Assembly: GCA_004431415.1 (NCBI GenBank)
Contig: QPMI01000111.1
Location: 48,018 to 112,017, forward strand
DNA from: Cyanophora paradoxa CCMP329
Lineage: Eukaryota > Plantae > Glaucophyta
Length of the DNA: 64,000 nucleotides
Direction: 5' to 3'
The translations under genes and the position numbers were made by a program. A model generated the notes under the pieces. It searched no databases, was not told the DNA's origin, and saw only the letters and a program-made list of their open reading frames with translations. Positions 59,962-64,000 of the stretch are shown piece by piece; the first letter of the stretch is position 1; every line of letters begins with the position of its first letter.

Positions 59962-60184
59962 GCTTGCTGGTACCTTGGAAAATTGTGGGAGGCGTCCGGA
60001 GTGTGCGAACGTAGCTCCAATGGGATTTGCGTCATTTACGTCCGCGTCATTTACGTCACGGAGTTTGCCGGCGACTCGGGACTCGGGCCCAACTTCTCCC
60101 GGTAAGTTCGAGACTTGAACTCGGCGGGGTACCCCCCGGTGTCCTAGTGTCCTAGTGTCCTAGTGCTACTAGCTAGGTGGTATC

Positions 60185-60691
60185 GATATCTAGCTAGCTA
60201 GCGCTAGCGCTTGCTTAATTAATTAACCTGAAGGGTCGCGTCATTTACGTCAGCGTCATTTACGTCACGGAGTTTGCCGGCGACTCGGGACTCGGGCCCA
60301 ACTTCTCCCGGTAAGTTCGTCACGACCAGTAGCTACTAGTACCGCTAGTACTACGTAGTACTACTTAGTACTACTTGGTACTACTTAGTACTACTAGCTT
60401 AGTACTAGTAGCCACCGATACTGGTACAGCTTTTATAGATTTAAGCATTCATTCAATGTGAATAACGATAATAGTAATAATAATAACGATAAGTAATAGG
60501 GATACCCTATTTTTCCAAGTCTCGAACTTACCGGGAGAAGTTGGGCCCGAGTCCCGAGTCGCCGGCAAACTCCGTGACGTAAATGACGCTGACGTAAATG
60601 ACGCGACCTTCGGTAACCTCCGCAACCCTTCAGGTAAATGTCAGGTAACTTCAGTTGAGTTAATTAAGCAAGCGCTAGCTAGCTAGATATC
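60185..60691. repeat. ~500-bp inverted-repeat structure with AT-rich centre; extra direct copy of the arm core at ~60045-60117
   Basis: gcgtcatttacgtcacggagtttgccggcgactcgggactcgggcccaacttctcccggtaagttcg (60253-60319) is inverted at ~60523-60590. Outer gatatctagctagctagcgc..ttaattaa arms. Confidence 0.9.
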
Positions 60692-61337
60692 ACAGCTCTA
60701 CCTTGCCCAAGTTGATGGTATCTAGCAGGGCCTGCTCCTCCAAGTCTGCACCGCCGCCGCCGCCCAGCGCTAGCGCTAGCTCGATACCGCCTCCGGCCTT
60801 GATCTCCCTTGGCTCCAGCCACCTGAGGGGCTCAGGCCACCTCCTCCTGGTGAAGCCGGTATCGTTGCTCTTGTCCAGCTTGAGGTAGCGGTAGGGCGCC
60901 GGCGCCGGCCAGTCCGGCCTGTGGCCGCTTGCCTCCTTGGCTATGTCCTTGGGCCTACGCGGTCGCAGGTCCGCCTTGGCCTTCGCCCTCTGCAAGGGCC
61001 CAGCGCCTTGAACTTCGGTGCCTTGGTCGCCGGCAGGGCCTTCGGCTGGGGCTTCACCGCCTTCGGCTGCTGAGGCCTTAGCTGCTTCGATTTCGGCATA
61101 CTTCTTGCTCATAAATGAGAAAAGCGCCTCGAAGTCGGCCTTTATCTCCTCCTTGGTCCAGGATGTCACCTGATCCGGGTCACCTGAGAACGGCGCATCG
61201 AACGCCACGTGGAGCGATTTGCAGGCCTGAGCTATCATTGGCTCGGGCCAGGCCAGCTCGATCAGCTGAAGGTAGATGTTCAGGGCCTTGTCGAGCTTGG
61301 CGCCCTGAGAGACTAGCTGGGAGATAGCGGGCTCCAT
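60690..61337 (-). CDS. hypothetical viral protein (215 aa)
   Basis: Intact ATG ORF with ATTTTCTAA at 61352-61360. Confidence 0.7.
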   Translation of the reverse strand: MEPAISQLVSQGAKLDKALNIYLQLIELAWPEPMIAQACKSLHVAFDAPFSGDPDQVTSWTKEEIKADFEALFSFMSKKYAEIEAAKASAAEGGEAPAEGPAGDQGTEVQGAGPLQRAKAKADLRPRRPKDIAKEASGHRPDWPAPAPYRYLKLDKSNDTGFTRRRWPEPLRWLEPREIKAGGGIELALALGGGGGADLEEQALLDTINLGKVEL

Positions 61338-61420
61338 GGTACAGCAGAGCTTTAGAAAATGGCGCCAAGTCCAAGTCCTTTTTTACGGGCGAGGCCTGGG
61401 CCGGGGCCAGGGCCGAGTCC

Positions 61421-61472
61421 AACTCCGTGACGTAAATGACGCTGACGTAAATGACGCGGACGTAAATGACGC
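61421..61472. promoter_or_regulatory. tandem (T)GACGTAAATGACG motifs
   Basis: Three copies here; the same motif occurs at 60029-60058, 60239-60267 and 60575-60604. Confidence 0.5.
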
Positions 61473-61599
61473 CGAATTTTCAAGTTGCCCTCACCTGAAA
61501 CTCAGCTGAGCGCTCACCTGACCCTCACCTGAACGGCCTCAAAACCGCAGCCCCGCCGCGCCCTCTCCTCACACTTCAAAGCCAAGAGAAATCAAGAAT

Positions 61600-61866
61600 G
61601 TGCATCCCACGTACTTCACCTGCTGTCTCACCTTCGGCATCTTCGCATACGTCATATACGACGATGAGTTCGACCGAAACACGTTCTACTTCTGCAAGCT
61701 CCTTCGCGACATTTCGTCGGAGCACCGCAAGGGCGATGAGTATGATTGGATTCAACTGCTCCCCCTCAAGAACGAGATCGTACTGTGGAGAGAGAAGTGC
61801 ATTGTAGGCAGGTTCAAGATTAGCTCGATTCGTGTAGCCGTCGTAGAGGATCTGATGGTGAATTGA
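61600..61866 (+). CDS. small hypothetical viral protein; start uncertain
   Basis: ..NTFYFCKLLRDISSEHRKGDEYDWIQL.. is protein-like and intron-less. Confidence 0.5.
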   Translation: MHPTYFTCCLTFGIFAYVIYDDEFDRNTFYFCKLLRDISSEHRKGDEYDWIQLLPLKNEIVLWREKCIVGRFKISSIRVAVVEDLMVN

Positions 61867-61981
61867 ACACGTGTTTTACCTGAATCACCTGAGCGCTCAC
61901 CCGAGGTCAGCTGAAGTCGGGTGGGGCGCCCTTAAATATTTTCTAGCGCTAGGCTGAAGCACACTCTAAGCTAACGCAAAC

Positions 61982-62762
61982 ATGGCCACCGTCCGCAACG
62001 CCAACGAGATCGACCCGCCAAGCTCGCCTTCGAGATCGACGCCACCGCCGCATCAAGGCCAAGTACGACGGCCTGCAGGGCCTCATGATGTACGCGCCGC
62101 CCATGGTCACGATCAACCCGTGCATCAACACAGAGCAAGGCAAGGCGTGGAGCGACGAGAAGAAGGCCTTCGTCATGGAAGAAAACGGCGGATTTTACAC
62201 GCTGGACCTCACCGATCTCAGCGCCGTCGACGGCCAGACGAACCCAGCCGCGGACGAGTTCCTCAAGCTGCTGGAGGCCCTGGACGCGAAATTCTGCGAG
62301 TTCGTGCAGCAGAACCAGGCCAAGCTCAAGGTCTCGCCCGGCCGCTCCCTCTCCAAGGATCAGATCTCGGTGCTGCAGACCCCCAGCGTGCGCATCAAGG
62401 TCGACAAGGAGTCGGGCCAGGCCTTCTACAAGTACCTCAACATGCGCATCCGCACCCAGACGATGGCGGGCAAGCGCAAGACCGTGCCCGTCGTCGACAT
62501 GTCCAACTACCTCATCACCGAGCGCGCCACCATCGGCACCGGAGACCTGGTGGCGGCGCTCATTAAAATCGACACCGCCTACGCCATCCCCGAGGGCAAG
62601 TTCGGCCTCAAGTGGTCCTTCCTCGCCGTGCAGCAGTGCAAGGTCGGCGCCTTTCGCTTCGCCGGGCGCGCCCCCGAGCTGGCCTTCAAGCCCTACGACA
62701 ACGAGGCCGATTTCGAGCCCTACCTAAACCCCGAGTCTATGTACGCAGCCCCCATGCAGTAG
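61982..62762 (+). CDS. NCLDV-type ssDNA-binding protein (T7 gp2.5-like OB fold / DUF2738-like); 5' part frameshifted
   Basis: YTLDL..EFLKLLEALDAKFCEFVQQN..IGTGDLVAALIKIDTAYAIPEGKFGLKWSFLAVQ with an acidic tail. Confidence 0.75.
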
Positions 62763-62814
62763 CTCGGACGAATAAATTGTGAATTTTTGGTGCAATTGAT
62801 TACACGCGTTTACA

Positions 62815-63606
62815 CTCAAAGGCCGTTGAACTTGCCGCCCACCGCCCTGGGCTCCGCCGCCGTCGAGGCCGCCGCCTCCGTCACCTCCTTCATTACCTCC
62901 GGGTTCGCGTTCGCCGCGTGCACCGCCAGCACCGTCTGCACCAGGCCATCCCCAGGCGCGCCTCGGGCCCCAGGGTCACGTAGCGCGAGTACTTGATCAC
63001 CAGCTCCTCTAAGATCGGCTGCACCTGGTCCATCGAAGAGAGCGTCGCCTGCCCGAGCCCGTCGAGCTTCAGGCCGATCGGATCGTACGCCTTGTTCAGG
63101 TGCTCCAGCGAGTGCATGCCGCGATCAGAAAGAGGCGCGCCGCCTCCAGCGAACCCCGCGTGCTCAGCTCGCGCTGAATCTCCTCGTACTCTTCCTTCAG
63201 CTCGTCCAGCGGCGTGGCCAGCTCAGCTTCTTCGTGGACGTAAGCTCGCCCCCGAACGAGCGCGTACTGCGCATCTGTCGCAGGACCTGCTTCTTCTCGT
63301 CCACGTCCACCTGCGCCTCGTCCCGCGGCCGCTCCTGCAGGTCGATTCCCAGCGCCTTTTTCACGCTCTGCTCCTTCTTCTTCGTCATTTCGATGTGCTC
63401 CTGCACGCTGAAGCCCGCGCCCTTGCTCGGCGCCGTCGGCGGCACCGCGGGCCCGTCGCCCGGCAGCGCCATCCTGTCGGCCTTCGCGCCTTCTCCCCCT
63501 TTTCCTTGCCTCCTTCGCGGGCGGCCTTCTTCCGGGCTGCGGGATTCCACGGGTTCGGCCCGTCCACGGCCAGCGCCTCGAAGCCAAGCATCGCCGAGGG
63601 GTCCAT
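62815..63606 (-). pseudogene. DUF5767-like conserved NCLDV protein, frameshifted
   Basis: LDELKEEYEEI..SLEHLNKAYDPIGLKLDGL..ILEELVIKY..GPEARLGM matches the LNxxYDPxGLKLDG..EELxxKY..PExRL pattern. Confidence 0.7.
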
Positions 63607-63620
63607 CCTTTACGCTGCCC

Positions 63621-63947
63621 TTAGAAATATTTTTCACTCGAGGTCAGCTCGACGAAGAGCTCGATGTAAAGCAGAGCTTCTCGCGCAGCTCGGGCCCGCT
63701 GCGTAGAAGAGCGAGCGCACGCCGAGGCGTACTCTGCGGCAGCCTCTCGAAAACCGAGTCGTCCTTCGCCTTGATCAATTCCGCCTCCGCGTTGATGTGC
63801 CTGACAGAACGATGACCGCGTGGCCCGATGCCGCGCAGCGACTGATCTGCGCCCGCACCCCGGCTCCTTGGCTCCGGCTCCAGCAGGTCGAGAAGCGGCC
63901 CAGCGCGCCTCGATTTGCTCGCCCAGCGTCGCCTCCGTCGCAGCCAT
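63621..63947 (-). pseudogene. small hypothetical viral protein, probably frameshifted
   Basis: ATG with ATTTCTGAA upstream; an alternative frame gives VRHINAEAELIKAKDDSVFERL. Confidence 0.45.
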
Positions 63948-64000
63948 GCTACGCGTGCTTCAGAAATTAGCGTCCGCGCTGCCGCTGCGCTGCGCTGCCG

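Larger units (their letters stand above)
48941..64000. mobile_element. endogenous viral element related to Nucleocytoviricota; runs off the right edge, left junction ~48.5-48.9 kb
   Basis: Abrupt switch to tightly packed, intron-less genes. YqaJ, OBP-like helicase, NCLDV-type SSB and DUF5767-like genes are present, with a shared upstream motif. Confidence 0.8.

Overview
This window is GC-rich eukaryotic DNA with many short (~50-80 nt) GC-rich GT-AG introns. The intron style and an RWP-RK gene suggest a unicellular alga or protist, possibly a glaucophyte such as Cyanophora (inference only). Five zones are visible. (1) 1-5.4 kb: repeats, including two hAT-type MITEs with 8-bp TSDs. (2) 5.5-12.85 kb: a soluble-type adenylate cyclase gene (two cyclase domains, STAND ATPase, TPR). 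(3) 13-38 kb: repeat-rich DNA with GC minisatellites, a ~2.6-2.8 kb foldback palindrome and a very long APE-RT-RNase H-CCHC LINE. A 2.8-kb TIR element has inserted into the LINE. It carries an intron-containing, N-terminally truncated Fanzor (eukaryotic TnpB) whose last intron holds a tandem-repeat array. (4) 39-48.4 kb: host genes (RWP-RK transcription factor, GEP4-like phosphatase, dynactin p62, MFS transporter). (5) ~48.9 kb to the window end: a compact, essentially intron-less endogenous Nucleocytoviricota-like virus segment. It encodes a YqaJ exonuclease, a UL9/origin-binding-protein-like SF2 helicase, an NCLDV-type SSB, a DUF5767-like protein and small membrane proteins. Its genes share an ATTTTC(T/C)AA-like upstream motif, and it has palindromic repeats. 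Most long GC-rich ORFs in the ORF track are spurious shadows. All protein assignments come from motif recognition by eye, not from database searches.
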